A DNA stretch of 64,000 nucleotides, from contig CAWENF010000021.1 of assembly GCA_963810275.1 (NCBI GenBank), forward strand, positions 32,001 through 96,000, in the 5' to 3' direction. Origin of the DNA: an uncultured archaeon. Lineage in GTDB: Archaea > Thermoproteota > Bathyarchaeia > Bathyarchaeales > Bathycorpusculaceae. The position numbers were made by a program, and so were the translations under genes. Below the pieces are notes generated by a model, which had not been told where the DNA came from, searched no databases, and saw only the letters and a program-made list of their open reading frames with translations. Below are positions 18,656-28,903 of this stretch, piece by piece (the stretch's first letter is position 1; each line of letters opens with the position of its first letter).

Positions 18656-19606
18656 TTGGCAGGGCCATCTGATAGAAGTCAAAATTTTGGCGTTTCAAAG
18701 TCCAAAGTCAAATTTGACTTCTCCAAAGTACGCTCCTGCGTCATCCCAATCCTCAAGGGCATAGAGGTCAAAATGTATCCTGCAAAGATAGGCCGAACCC
18801 GTGGATGGAGCAAACAACATGTCGATTACTATGTAAAGAAGCTGGAAAAGGCAGGTTTGATCCGACGGTTGAAGCGGAGCAACTTTGTCGATTATGAGTT
18901 GACTGAGCGAGGTCAAAACTTTCTCATATCATGTGAGGGCGTTATCTTTAGCAGTGGCGTCTTTCGGTTGCATCGGTGTTTTTTCAAGTTTCCTGTGTTG
19001 CGTGAGGGGGTTTATCCTTCGGGTGACTTCAGGCGGATTGAGATGCAGAATTGGACTGCGTTTTTAGGTTTGGAGCAGGGTGTTAAGGTTAGGCATACCA
19101 CTTCCAGCTGGATTGTTCATGTTGAGACGCTGTATGGTCGCAGTCCCGGGGAGCTTATGACTTTGGCTAAGAACTTGGCTGACCGAGTTGCCAAGGGCTT
19201 ATCCAATAAGTATGGCTGCGTTTTGGGTGAGGGGCAGATTAACAAACGTCATGAGCTTGGCGTCGACGACCCAGTTGCAAATCTTTTGAACCGGTACTTT
19301 ACCGTGAGTACTCCAAAGCGGGTTATTGATGATAGCCCAGGAGAAGATGAGGGCGAGCTCGATCATCTTGGGCGAGATGCTGCAGTTGAATATTTGTTGA
19401 TGCCTGAGCGCTTCAAAAAGCTGGAAGGGCAAATAAGCAATGTCCTGTACGATTTGGAGAAGATCTCTGGCAGCCTAACCAAGCTGGACAAAATGGGCTA
19501 TGATTTAGCCAGAGTTGCAGAGGTCCTTTGCAAGCTTGCAGATTCTGAAGGCAGTCAAGACGTGGCGATGGCTTCATCTGATGGAGGTAACAGCTATGTC
19601 TCTTAG
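18656..19606 (+). CDS. MarR-like wHTH protein with large uncharacterised C-terminal domain
   Basis: YPAKIGRTRGWSKQHVDYYVKKLEKAGLI...YELTERG; C-terminal coiled coil. Confidence 0.7.
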   Translation: MAGPSDRSQNFGVSKSKVKFDFSKVRSCVIPILKGIEVKMYPAKIGRTRGWSKQHVDYYVKKLEKAGLIRRLKRSNFVDYELTERGQNFLISCEGVIFSSGVFRLHRCFFKFPVLREGVYPSGDFRRIEMQNWTAFLGLEQGVKVRHTTSSWIVHVETLYGRSPGELMTLAKNLADRVAKGLSNKYGCVLGEGQINKRHELGVDDPVANLLNRYFTVSTPKRVIDDSPGEDEGELDHLGRDAAVEYLLMPERFKKLEGQISNVLYDLEKISGSLTKLDKMGYDLARVAEVLCKLADSEGSQDVAMASSDGGNSYVS

Positions 19607-19630
19607 ATTTACTATGCGGGAGGGGCTAAA

Positions 19631-19828
19631 TTGGCGTTAACTGAACGTGAGCGGGAGATTTTGAGGTTACATACTGAGGGCTTTAGTGATTATGGGATTG
19701 CACGTAAGCTAAAAATTGTGACGCCCAATGTGACACAGTCTCGATAGAACGCGTTTAAGAAAATTGAACGAGCTGCAGCTGATTTAGAGTTTATCGGTAA
19801 ACTAAAAATCGGCAAGAAGCTCTCTTGA
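19631..19828 (+). pseudogene. LuxR/Tfx-like HTH regulator with an in-frame TAG (19745-19747)
   Basis: LTEREREILRLHTEGFSDYGIARKLKI...SR*NAFKKIERA. Confidence 0.65.
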
Positions 19829-19843
19829 AAGTCCATTTACCGT

Positions 19844-21568
19844 TTAGCACTTGGGGGGGGGAGGGGGCAAACGCACCGTAAAAGTTGTGCCCTTGCCAAC
19901 TTGGCTTTCAAAAGTCACTTCGCCGCCTAATGCTTCTGTCATTCGTTTAACTACTGGTAAGCCAAAGCCTTGACCTTTAGCCCTCGTCGTGAATAACGGT
20001 GTAAAAATTTTTATTTTATTTTCAGGTGGGATGCCAAAACCGGTATCTTGCGCAGTTATCACTGTATCGCCTTCTTGTTTGAATGCATGCAGAATAAGTT
20101 TACCTCCCTTGGGCATAGCATTAACTGCATTAGATACCAAATTTGTTAGAATACGCTTGAGTAAGTCAGGATCGCTCATTAGGGTTTTAGCTTGACTATC
20201 AACTATGTAGGTAGCATCTATTTTTTCATAGATACCGTTATTGAACAAGACATCATTAAAAAGAGGTTCCAAATCTGTTTCTTTAACAACTGGGGTGAGT
20301 ACTCTAGAGTAGTCCTGCAAATCTGCAACTATCTTGTTGATGTACTCAACGTTCTTCTCGATTTCGGATAGACCTTCCAGTGCACTTTCCTTCTCCTTGC
20401 AAGTTGACAACTTTTCCAAATCAGACCGTGCAAGAAAAATGTCGCTAATTATCGATTGCAGAGGATTACGAATATCGTGCCCAACCATACCAGCGGTAGC
20501 ACCAATCGCTGCTAAACGCTCTGAATCCTTTAGCTGCTTTGTGCGTTCCTCAACAAGCTTCTCCAAGTTTTTGTTAATTTCCTCAAGTTCTTTTTCCACT
20601 TTAACCTTGGCTGTGTTGTCCTCAACGAAAGAAAATACTGATTCCATCTTGCCCTCAGTGTCAAGCAAAACCGAATTATACCATGTGCAATAAATGACTC
20701 TTCCATCTTTTGTTATGTTTCGGTTCGACGATACAACTTTTGTCTCACCGCTAGTCAGCTTCTTCATGCTCTTTTCCACTATATGGATATCTGATTCGTA
20801 AATCAGGTGCAGATCCATTATTGGCTTGCCCAAAGTTTCAATAGCAGCCCAACCGAACATTTTTTCAGCCTCACCAGCCCACCGAGTAACCACAAACTTG
20901 CTATCCCACTCAACTACGCCAAGAGGAGTATTTTCCGCATGGAACCTCAAACGTTCCTCACTTTCTCTAAGAGCTTGTTCAGCTTTCTTGCGCGCAATGA
21001 TTTCCCGTTCTAAATCGTTTGTGTATTGCTTTACCTCTTGTTGCATGTGCTGTGTTAAATCAGTTATAACCAGAAAAGTAGTTTTCAAATTATCCTTAAA
21101 TGAAGAATTCACTGAAACATGGGCTGGCACCACAGTCCTATCATTTGCAATAAACGAAATGTCTTTCTCTTTTGTGTTTCCGTCTTTTCTGCTTAATGCT
21201 ATTAATTCATGAAATGAATTCCAATGAGTTGGATTAATTGTGCCACTAATAGTTTTTCCGATCAGAGTATCAAGCGGCTGCTTAATTATTTTCGCAAAAC
21301 CCTCGTTGCAGTAAAGTATCACGTCACTCTCAGAGAGCATGACAGCGCCCTCTTTCATTTCCTCAATAAGAGCACGATAATTCCTTTCGGCCCCTGTAAT
21401 TGAATAAACCTGCTCTCCTTCAGGCGTCGAAACAATTAAGGCATCAACTTCTCCATGCTGTATAGCCCTCAAAGTTTCTTGTGCTTCAGCTAACTGCTGG
21501 CGCAGAGACTCGTTTTCAGCGAGAATTTCGCTTTCTTTGTCTTCTTTGGCCTTATTTGGTGTTTGCAT
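19844..21568 (-). CDS. PAS-domain sensor histidine kinase
   Basis: AIQHGEVDALIV N-terminus, two PAS domains, HDIRNPL H-box, NAVNAM, DTGFG, GQGFGL. Confidence 0.92.
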   Translation of the reverse strand: MQTPNKAKEDKESEILAENESLRQQLAEAQETLRAIQHGEVDALIVSTPEGEQVYSITGAERNYRALIEEMKEGAVMLSESDVILYCNEGFAKIIKQPLDTLIGKTISGTINPTHWNSFHELIALSRKDGNTKEKDISFIANDRTVVPAHVSVNSSFKDNLKTTFLVITDLTQHMQQEVKQYTNDLEREIIARKKAEQALRESEERLRFHAENTPLGVVEWDSKFVVTRWAGEAEKMFGWAAIETLGKPIMDLHLIYESDIHIVEKSMKKLTSGETKVVSSNRNITKDGRVIYCTWYNSVLLDTEGKMESVFSFVEDNTAKVKVEKELEEINKNLEKLVEERTKQLKDSERLAAIGATAGMVGHDIRNPLQSIISDIFLARSDLEKLSTCKEKESALEGLSEIEKNVEYINKIVADLQDYSRVLTPVVKETDLEPLFNDVLFNNGIYEKIDATYIVDSQAKTLMSDPDLLKRILTNLVSNAVNAMPKGGKLILHAFKQEGDTVITAQDTGFGIPPENKIKIFTPLFTTRAKGQGFGLPVVKRMTEALGGEVTFESQVGKGTTFTVRLPPPPPKC

Positions 21569-21587
21569 TTGCTTCGTCTTTTTTAGG

Positions 21588-21935
21588 TTAATTTTTTGGC
21601 ACTAAATCCAAGCCAATTAGAATACGTTCCTTATTTGACATGTCCCCAATAAGCCGTCTGAGAGGCAAAGGTAGCTTTTTTATTAAGGTAGGTGCCGCAA
21701 GCAACTGCTCTTTTTTAGCGTACTCAGGCTGCTGATAGACATCTACAACATCAAGTTTATATCGACCCTTCAGTCTCTCTTCACAAATCCTTCGAATGTT
21801 CTCAATAGCCCTAACTGACCGTGGCGACATACCAGCAACATACAAACGCAAAACATACTCTTCCGCTCTATTCTTTTCTGCGGCTTTTTCAAAATCTCGA
21901 GTCGAATCTTGGGAGTCTTCTTTTTTAGCGCTCAA
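21588..21935 (-). CDS. kaiB: KaiB-like protein
   Basis: [23 protein letters not shown]. Confidence 0.92.
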   Translation of the reverse strand: MSAKKEDSQDSTRDFEKAAEKNRAEEYVLRLYVAGMSPRSVRAIENIRRICEERLKGRYKLDVVDVYQQPEYAKKEQLLAAPTLIKKLPLPLRRLIGDMSNKERILIGLDLVPKN

Positions 21936-21968
21936 AATTCTTGCCTCTCCAGTATCAACTCTTTGTGT

Positions 21969-22295
21969 CTATAAATTTTTTTTGGGGCGAATATCTAATC
22001 CAACTAGAACCCGTTCAGTATTTGAGAGGTCACCAATAATTTTCTTCAAAGGCTCAGGTAATTTACGAACAAGAGTTGGAATAGCTAAAATCTGGTCATC
22101 TTTGGCTAATCGGGGATTCTTTACTAAATCTATAACTTCAATTGTGTATCTTCCTTTCAAATGTTGCTCAGAGATTTTTTTTAGATTCTCAAAAGCTTGC
22201 AGGGACTTTGGCGTTTGCCCAGCGACGTATAGCCTTAAAACATAGAACTCAGCATTATCTTCCAATTCATTATTTTGTTCAGATTCTTTGCTCAT
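21969..22295 (-). CDS. kaiB: KaiB-like protein
   Basis: [29 protein letters not shown]. Confidence 0.93.
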   Translation of the reverse strand: MSKESEQNNELEDNAEFYVLRLYVAGQTPKSLQAFENLKKISEQHLKGRYTIEVIDLVKNPRLAKDDQILAIPTLVRKLPEPLKKIIGDLSNTERVLVGLDIRPKKNL

Positions 22296-22304
22296 TTAAA
22301 CCAC

Positions 22305-23732
22305 CTAAACTATTTTTATTCCTTGATCTGTCAATTGCAATTCCTTGATGTTTTTTGTATGCGCCATTCCTCTGGATTTTACTATGCGGATTCTTGTTTT
22401 TACATTGTCATCTTTCAGTTCTTTAGTGCTTAAAGAAATCCAGGTATCAATCCAGGAAGAAATGACCTCTGAGGATTCACCTTTTTTATCGAGACCCCTA
22501 AGAGAAGTAAAAAGTGTCGTGATTTGTTTTGTTTTCAAATGATCGATAATGCGAGTTAACATGGATTTAACTTCAGATTCGATTCCAACGTTAATCAAGT
22601 TAGAAATTGGATCAATTATAACTGCAGTTGGATTAAACTCGTCAATTGCTCTTTGCATAATTGAAAGGTGCGTTTCCAATCCATATAACGTTGGACGTGT
22701 TGAATGAACCTGCAAAAGCCCTTTCTCGATATAAGTTTCCAGCTTCAAACCGATAGATTGCATGTTTCTAATGATTTGGTTTGGAGATTCCTCAAGCGCA
22801 AAATAGAGGCAACGTTGACCTTTCTGGCAAACGGAATTAGCAAAAGTACATGCGATGCTTGTTTTGCCAGTTCCAGGCGATCCCGAAACCAATATTGTAC
22901 TGCCTCTGTAGAAACCCTGCTCACTAAGCATAGCATCAAGCTGAGGTATTCCTGTTGAGTCCCGTTCTTTTGACGCATTATAATTGAGTCCTGCAGACGT
23001 TATGGGTAGCAGCTGAAAACCCGTGTTATCGAGTATGAATGGGTATTCGTTAGTGCCATGCATTGAACCTCTGTACTTGACGACTCTTAAGCGTCTTGTA
23101 GATATTTGGCCATTGACTCTATGGTCAAGCATAATAACGCAGTCAGACACATATTCTTCGAGTCCATAGCGAGTCATCGTTTCAGTACCTTTCTCAGCAG
23201 TAATAACTGCTGTCAAGCCCTTTTCTTTGAGCCAACCAAATAATCGACGCAACTCGGCTCGCAAAATGGCTTCATTATCCAGTCCTGAGAAAAGAGATTC
23301 GACTGTATCAAGTACAATCCTTTTGGCACATACAGAGTCTATTGCGCAACCTAGACGAATGAATAATCCTTCAAGGTCATACTCGCCCGTCTCCTCTATC
23401 TCACTTCGTTCAACACGAATGTGATCAATATACAATTTATTATTTTGGACCAGATTTTTAACTCCAAAACCTAAAGAGGCAGTATTCTTTTCAAGGTCTC
23501 TTTGTGTTTCTTCAAACGTTATAAAAACGCCTGGCTCTCCATATTTTACTGCGCCATTAACGAGAAATTCCATCCCGAAAAGGGTTTTGCCGCTTCCAGG
23601 ACCACCAATAATTATGGTAGGGCGACCCTGGGGTAATCCGCCAAAGGTTATTTCATCGAAACCTTGAATCCCTGTAGGTGACTTCTTAAGAGTAACTGAA
23701 TTATCGCCTTGGGTATCTTCGGTTGCTTGCAT
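22305..23732 (-). CDS. kaiC: Double-domain KaiC ATPase
   Basis: Two RecA-like domains (GGPGSGKT, GSPGTGKT), EEYVSD, ISSWIDT at the phosphosite position, KSRGMAH. Confidence 0.95.
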   Translation of the reverse strand: MQATEDTQGDNSVTLKKSPTGIQGFDEITFGGLPQGRPTIIIGGPGSGKTLFGMEFLVNGAVKYGEPGVFITFEETQRDLEKNTASLGFGVKNLVQNNKLYIDHIRVERSEIEETGEYDLEGLFIRLGCAIDSVCAKRIVLDTVESLFSGLDNEAILRAELRRLFGWLKEKGLTAVITAEKGTETMTRYGLEEYVSDCVIMLDHRVNGQISTRRLRVVKYRGSMHGTNEYPFILDNTGFQLLPITSAGLNYNASKERDSTGIPQLDAMLSEQGFYRGSTILVSGSPGTGKTSIACTFANSVCQKGQRCLYFALEESPNQIIRNMQSIGLKLETYIEKGLLQVHSTRPTLYGLETHLSIMQRAIDEFNPTAVIIDPISNLINVGIESEVKSMLTRIIDHLKTKQITTLFTSLRGLDKKGESSEVISSWIDTWISLSTKELKDDNVKTRIRIVKSRGMAHTKNIKELQLTDQGIKIV

Positions 23733-24206
23733 ACTAATATAGCCGTTGATATTTTTTAATAAGACTTTGCATTATTTTATGGAACAGTTGTTCTTATTGA
23801 AAACTGCTTTTCATTATTTACTAATAACATCTTGTATGTCGTTTTTGTGATATTATCGTGTTTAGGTTCTCAAGCCATTAAAATGTGATTTTGCTTTGTT
23901 TTTAGGTTTAGTTTCGTCTGTGGATGGCGTTGGCTTTAGGGATTGCAGGCATTTTAAAGAATATTTAGCTAAGAAAAGAGGTTGGCGCTGGGAGCTTACA
24001 AGCTTTCCGCTTGAAATTTGGAGATAATTTAAAAAAGAGCTTACTCGTTTTTTACAAATTAACCGTTTGAAAATAACTTAATTTCCAGCAAATAGCGTTT
24101 TCAACAAATATCAGCATACAAAGAATAACCTTTTATTAAATATCTTGTAAATCTTTATATTCACTGTGCGTCTGAAAATCACATTCGATGGCACTTTCTA
24201 ATACTG

Positions 24207-27200
24207 TTGGAGGAAATCGGTATTTCTGAAAAAAAAACAACGAAACAGAAAGTTGAGAAGTTTTCTAACCAAAATAAGCAAGGTTTGATAGTAGTTGGAA
24301 TCGGTGCCTCGGCAGGCGGTTTGGAAGCATTCAAAAGTTTATTCGAATCTTTACCCGTTGATACCGGCTTATGTTTTGTCGTTATTCAACATCTTTCACC
24401 TGGACAAGAAAGCATGCTAACAGACATCCTTTCAAGATTCACCAAAATGCCAGTCAAAGCCGTCAAAGACAAAATGGCGGTTGAACCAGACCATGTTTAC
24501 GTCATACCGCCTGGAACCATCCTGACAATGGAAAACAAAACCTTCAATCTCAACCCAGCAGCTAAAACCATAAAACCAATCGATACCTTCTTCATCTCAT
24601 TAGCTGAAGACTCGCAAAATCAAAGCATAGGAATCGTACTTTCTGGAACGGGCTCGGATGGAACAGCAGGTCTAAAAGCCATCAAAACTCAAGGCGGAAT
24701 CACATTCGCCCAGACTCCAAGTTCCGCGCAATACGGCGACATGCCAATTAGTGCTATATCTGCTGAAGTGGTAGATTTTATTCTACCTCCAGAAAAGATT
24801 GCATCAGAACTGCAAAAAATCGCTGAAAATCCTCAATTAGCGCGAAACGAAATCGTAGCGAGGGCAGAAGAAGAGAGAAAAGAAGCAAAGCCAAAGAAAG
24901 AATCAGCCTTAAGTGCAATTTTTACAATGCTAAAATCCAGCTGCAACGTTGACTTCTCACACTACAAAGAGACGGTCGTTAACCGTAGAGTAACACGTAG
25001 AATGGTAATTAATCACATAAAGAAAATAGAAAACTACAAAGAGTTTCTAAGGGCACACCCAAAAGAGATAGAAGCATTGTACAATGATATGTTAATTGGG
25101 GTTACAAGCTTCTTTAGGGAGCCAGAAACCTTTGCTGCTTTGAAAGAAACAGTGTTTCCCAATCTCGTCAATAATCGGTCAAGCAAGGACCCGATAAGAA
25201 TTTGGATCCCAGGATGCGCAACCGGAGAAGAAGCTTACTCCTTCGCAATTGCGATACAAGAATACATCGAAGACAACTCACTTCCAAATATACAAGTTCA
25301 AGTATTTGGCACCGACGTGAACGAGAAGAATATTGAAAAAGCAAGACAGGGAAATTACCCAAAAAACATAGAAACCGATGTGCCAGAAAAAATACTAAAA
25401 CATTTCTTCAAAAACATTAACGACAACTATTTAATCGCTAAAAATATTCGAGACATGTGTGTTTTTGCAAAACAAGACATAACTGCCGATCCACCGTTTT
25501 CTAATATGGATCTTGTCAGTTGCCGTAACATGCTAATTTACTTTGACCAATATTTACATGAAAGGGTTGTGCCGATACTGCATTATGCCCTAAAGACAGG
25601 AGGCTTTTTGGTTTTGGGGCAATCTGAAAGTATTGGCAAATTCACAAACTTATTTGAACCAATAAAAAAGACTTCCATTTATACAAAAAAGAGAGCGCAG
25701 CCAACCATTACTTTTGGGTTACAAATCTCAGCGCCCTATGGACAAAAGGCTAAGGAAGTTAAAATAGGTGAAAAGAAGGATGCTCTTTCAATTTTGAAAG
25801 ATGAGGTTGACCGTTTATTAGTGACGGAGTATGTTCCTGCGGCTTTGTTGGTTAATTCAAATTCAGATGTTCTTCTTTTCCGTGGAAATATAGCGCCTTT
25901 TGTTTTGCCTGAATCTGGGTTGGCAAGTTTTAATGTTGCCAAAATAATTCGAAAGGAGCTAAAGTCTGAAGTTCAAACAATGATTTACAGAGCAAAAAAA
26001 GAAAATAAGCCTATAAAGGAAAATGCTTTGAGACTGGAATTCGCCGGTGAACAAAGAACAATTAACCTTCAAGTTATTCCTTTGCATATTGAGCAGTTTG
26101 AAGAGCCTTTCTTTCTTATTCTGATTGAAGATGTAAGTTCCGCTGCCCTTTTACTGAGACATACCTTAGAGTTAGCATCTACTCCGAAAGGGCATGAAAA
26201 CGCTAAAGACAGGCAAATTAAGGAGCTTAGAGAGGAATTAGACGCTACTAAATTTTCTTTGCAGAAAATAATTGAGACACAGGAAGCTACTAATGAAGAA
26301 TTAAGAACTGCGATGGAAGAGGCACAGTCTAGTAATGAGGAATTGCAGAGTACAAACGAAGAGTTGGAGACGGCTAAAGAAGAGTTGCAATCCAGCAATG
26401 AAGAACTAAAAACGCTCAATGATGAAGTTAAAAACAGAAATGAAACCCTTGCTCACCTCAACAATGATTTAGTTAACTTGAATAGAAACATAGGTCCAGC
26501 CATTGTTATAGTTGACAAAGGCTTTAAGATTAAGTTGTTATCACCTTCGGCACAACGAATCCTGAACCTTTTGCCGACAACTATTGGTTTACCTATAACA
26601 GCTCTTAGAATGAGGATAAAGGTTGAAGACTTAGGCATATTGGTTTCAGAAGTTATCTCTAGACTTCACGGTATTACTAAGGAAGTAACTGATGAAGAGG
26701 GCCACTATTATGATTTGCAAGTTAAACCCTACATTACTCTTGAAGATAAGATAGACGGAGCTGTTTTGTCTTTTACTGATATTGACGATAGAAAAAAACT
26801 AGAAAAATCTCTACGCTTAGCCGCGATAGGCGAAACTGCAGGCATGGTGGGACATGATATTCGCAATCCATTGCAAGCCATAATTGGGGATGTTTTCTTG
26901 CTTAGGGATTATTTGACTACAATGCCTAAAGTACCAATCAAAAAAGACATTGCTGAAGGTTTAGATGAGATAGAGAAGAACATTGAGTACATTAACAAGA
27001 TTGTTGCTGATCTGCAAGATTACGCAAGAACTGTGCAGTCTTCGCCTCAAGAAATCGATTTGGAGGCACTATGCGATGAGTTGATCCACGGAATTACCGT
27101 TCCCGACAATATTGAGGCTTCATGCTACATAGACGATTCTGCTAACAGGATATTTATTGATTCCAATCTGATAAAGCGCGCCATTGGCAACCTTGTTTCT

Positions 27201-27488
27201 AATGCGGTTCAAGCTATGCCAAGGGGAGGAAAAATTACCATAAGAGCACGTTTGGAGTCAAATGACACACTTATTACTGTCACCGATACCGGCTATGGGA
27301 TTCCTGATAAAATCAAACCTAAACTTTTTACTCCATTTTTCACTACAAAATCTAAGGGGCAAGGATTGGGATTAGCTGTTGTCAAGAGAATGGTGGAAGC
27401 ATTAAACGGAACTATAACGTTTGAGAGCGTTGAAGGAAATGGCACAACATTTACTATACGCTTGCCTACTCAAAAAGCTAAAAAATAA
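24207..27488 (+). CDS. CheB-CheR-coiled-coil-PAS-histidine kinase fusion
   Basis: GASAGG, LSGTGSDG, GVTSFFRE, GCATGEEAYS, CRNMLIY, NEELQS repeats, HDIRNPL. Confidence 0.92.
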   Translation: MEEIGISEKKTTKQKVEKFSNQNKQGLIVVGIGASAGGLEAFKSLFESLPVDTGLCFVVIQHLSPGQESMLTDILSRFTKMPVKAVKDKMAVEPDHVYVIPPGTILTMENKTFNLNPAAKTIKPIDTFFISLAEDSQNQSIGIVLSGTGSDGTAGLKAIKTQGGITFAQTPSSAQYGDMPISAISAEVVDFILPPEKIASELQKIAENPQLARNEIVARAEEERKEAKPKKESALSAIFTMLKSSCNVDFSHYKETVVNRRVTRRMVINHIKKIENYKEFLRAHPKEIEALYNDMLIGVTSFFREPETFAALKETVFPNLVNNRSSKDPIRIWIPGCATGEEAYSFAIAIQEYIEDNSLPNIQVQVFGTDVNEKNIEKARQGNYPKNIETDVPEKILKHFFKNINDNYLIAKNIRDMCVFAKQDITADPPFSNMDLVSCRNMLIYFDQYLHERVVPILHYALKTGGFLVLGQSESIGKFTNLFEPIKKTSIYTKKRAQPTITFGLQISAPYGQKAKEVKIGEKKDALSILKDEVDRLLVTEYVPAALLVNSNSDVLLFRGNIAPFVLPESGLASFNVAKIIRKELKSEVQTMIYRAKKENKPIKENALRLEFAGEQRTINLQVIPLHIEQFEEPFFLILIEDVSSAALLLRHTLELASTPKGHENAKDRQIKELREELDATKFSLQKIIETQEATNEELRTAMEEAQSSNEELQSTNEELETAKEELQSSNEELKTLNDEVKNRNETLAHLNNDLVNLNRNIGPAIVIVDKGFKIKLLSPSAQRILNLLPTTIGLPITALRMRIKVEDLGILVSEVISRLHGITKEVTDEEGHYYDLQVKPYITLEDKIDGAVLSFTDIDDRKKLEKSLRLAAIGETAGMVGHDIRNPLQAIIGDVFLLRDYLTTMPKVPIKKDIAEGLDEIEKNIEYINKIVADLQDYARTVQSSPQEIDLEALCDELIHGITVPDNIEASCYIDDSANRIFIDSNLIKRAIGNLVSNAVQAMPRGGKITIRARLESNDTLITVTDTGYGIPDKIKPKLFTPFFTTKSKGQGLGLAVVKRMVEALNGTITFESVEGNGTTFTIRLPTQKAKK

Positions 27489-27790
27489 TGGTCCTACAAG
27501 TTGGACTTACCTTTCTAAATCTTGATTTGCAAAAAAATGGATTCAAAATGAAATTCAATAAACTCGTTTTTTGAACTTTTCTGTTTTAAAGCTTTTTCAC
27601 CTATTTTATCTAAAACATGATTATAAAGAGCTATCTTGACAGAATGCTTCTGACTGCCGAATTCAGAGACAGGATTATCAACAGCTGTTATTTAAAACAT
27701 AATAGAACGTAAAAACAGCTTTTTTCTGTAAAATAAGCCCTATCTTGCCTCTGAGCAACATATACATGTGATGGTTACACGCTTCTTAAA

Positions 27791-28228
27791 GAGCATGTAA
27801 TCTCACTTCGTCCCTTCAAAATCATAGAATCAGCAGCTGACAAGCCGATGCAGATTGCTAAAGTTGCTATGGCTGCTAAGATGTCTCGCAACTTTAACGT
27901 TTACACTCCAGATGAGCTTTCGGTTTTTGCTGAGAAGCTGATTAATGCTCTGGTCCTAACACAGCTCCGTTGAGACTGCTACAGGCAAAGTTACCCAATG
28001 GAACTACATAGTGTGACTAGCCAAAGTTCGCTCTGTGTGGCTGAAGTCTACGACAAACGATAGCCGACAAAGTTCACAATAGCCTCATTCAGCATGTCAG
28101 TATAGGCGCTGACTAGACATCCTTGATGTGTTGGATGTTAAAGAGTCGCAGGGTCTTTTCAACCTGGAACTATCCCTTGTCACGGTCCCAGACGTTCAAG
28201 AAACCAACATAAAAGTAATGAAAGGTAG
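27791..28228 (+). pseudogene. Degraded head-tail virus prohead protease gene
   Basis: Fragments across frames: SRNFNVYTPDEL, GKVTQW, AEVYD, IQHVSIGA, ELSLVTVP...ETNIKVM; several stops and frameshifts. Confidence 0.6.
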
Positions 28229-28365
28229 AGAACAAACAGATAGAAAAAAGCTATCCTTAACCGAAGACAAACTCTTTTTTTAAGGAAAACAGTAAAAATT
28301 CAATAACACCTATTAAAAGCGTAAAAATTTTAAACTTTATATCTCATCATAGGCTTTAGGCGTTC

Positions 28366-28848
28366 ATGCCAGAACCAAAAAATGGTCGACCAATATTCTT
28401 CCCAGAAAAACTGGTGATTTTGGGCAACCTCGCTCTCTTCATATGGATTGTTCTAGACACAGTCGCTTTCCTGCTGTATGACACAACCGCTGGCATCGCA
28501 TTTTTCATAGTTTCGCTAATTGCAATTTACGGTGTACTCAACTTCCTTGGGTGTTTGCGTCCATGCTATAACTGTATAAAATGCACGCACGGCATGGGAC
28601 GGTTAGCAGCTTTGTACTTTGGCAGACGCATATTCAAAGACTACAAATATAACTACAAACTACCCACGGCAATATTTTTCTCTCTATTTGTAGGTGCGTT
28701 TCCGGCGGCATTTGCACTTTACTCAGCAGTAATAGATCTCACGATAACTAAAGTGGTGGTTTTTGTGATTCTTTTAGCGTTTACACTCTTCAGCGCCTCA
28801 ACGTGGCGACCCAAAAAACGTCGACCCAAAAATGGCAATACCAATTGA
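28366..28848 (+). CDS. Four-TM membrane protein with Cys/His motif (paralog of 53517-54020)
   Basis: GCLRPCYNCIKCTHGMGRLAALYFG identical in both copies. Confidence 0.8.
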   Translation: MPEPKNGRPIFFPEKLVILGNLALFIWIVLDTVAFLLYDTTAGIAFFIVSLIAIYGVLNFLGCLRPCYNCIKCTHGMGRLAALYFGRRIFKDYKYNYKLPTAIFFSLFVGAFPAAFALYSAVIDLTITKVVVFVILLAFTLFSASTWRPKKRRPKNGNTN

Positions 28849-28869
28849 AAGAAGCAAAACAAGGCGGTT

Positions 28870-28903
28870 GCCACACCACAGACGCACTTATCTTGCTTCT
28901 ACC
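28870..28903 (+). repeat. Imperfect direct repeat of 18248-18281
   Basis: GCCACACCA followed by TTATCTTGCTTCTACC (16 bp identical: 18266-18281 and 28888-28903). Confidence 0.6.

Noticed and set aside
19745-19747. Pyrrolysine read-through of the in-frame TAG
   Set aside because: There are no pyl genes or tRNA-Pyl in the window, and neighbouring element genes are also decayed, so a nonsense mutation is simpler.
21588-23732. Complete cyanobacterial-type circadian clock
   Set aside because: There is no kaiA and KaiC lacks the C-terminal KaiA-binding tail. Oscillation cannot be inferred from sequence.
24207-27488. Chemotaxis operon
   Set aside because: CheB and CheR are fused to a kinase, and there are no chemoreceptor, cheA, cheW, cheY or archaellum genes.
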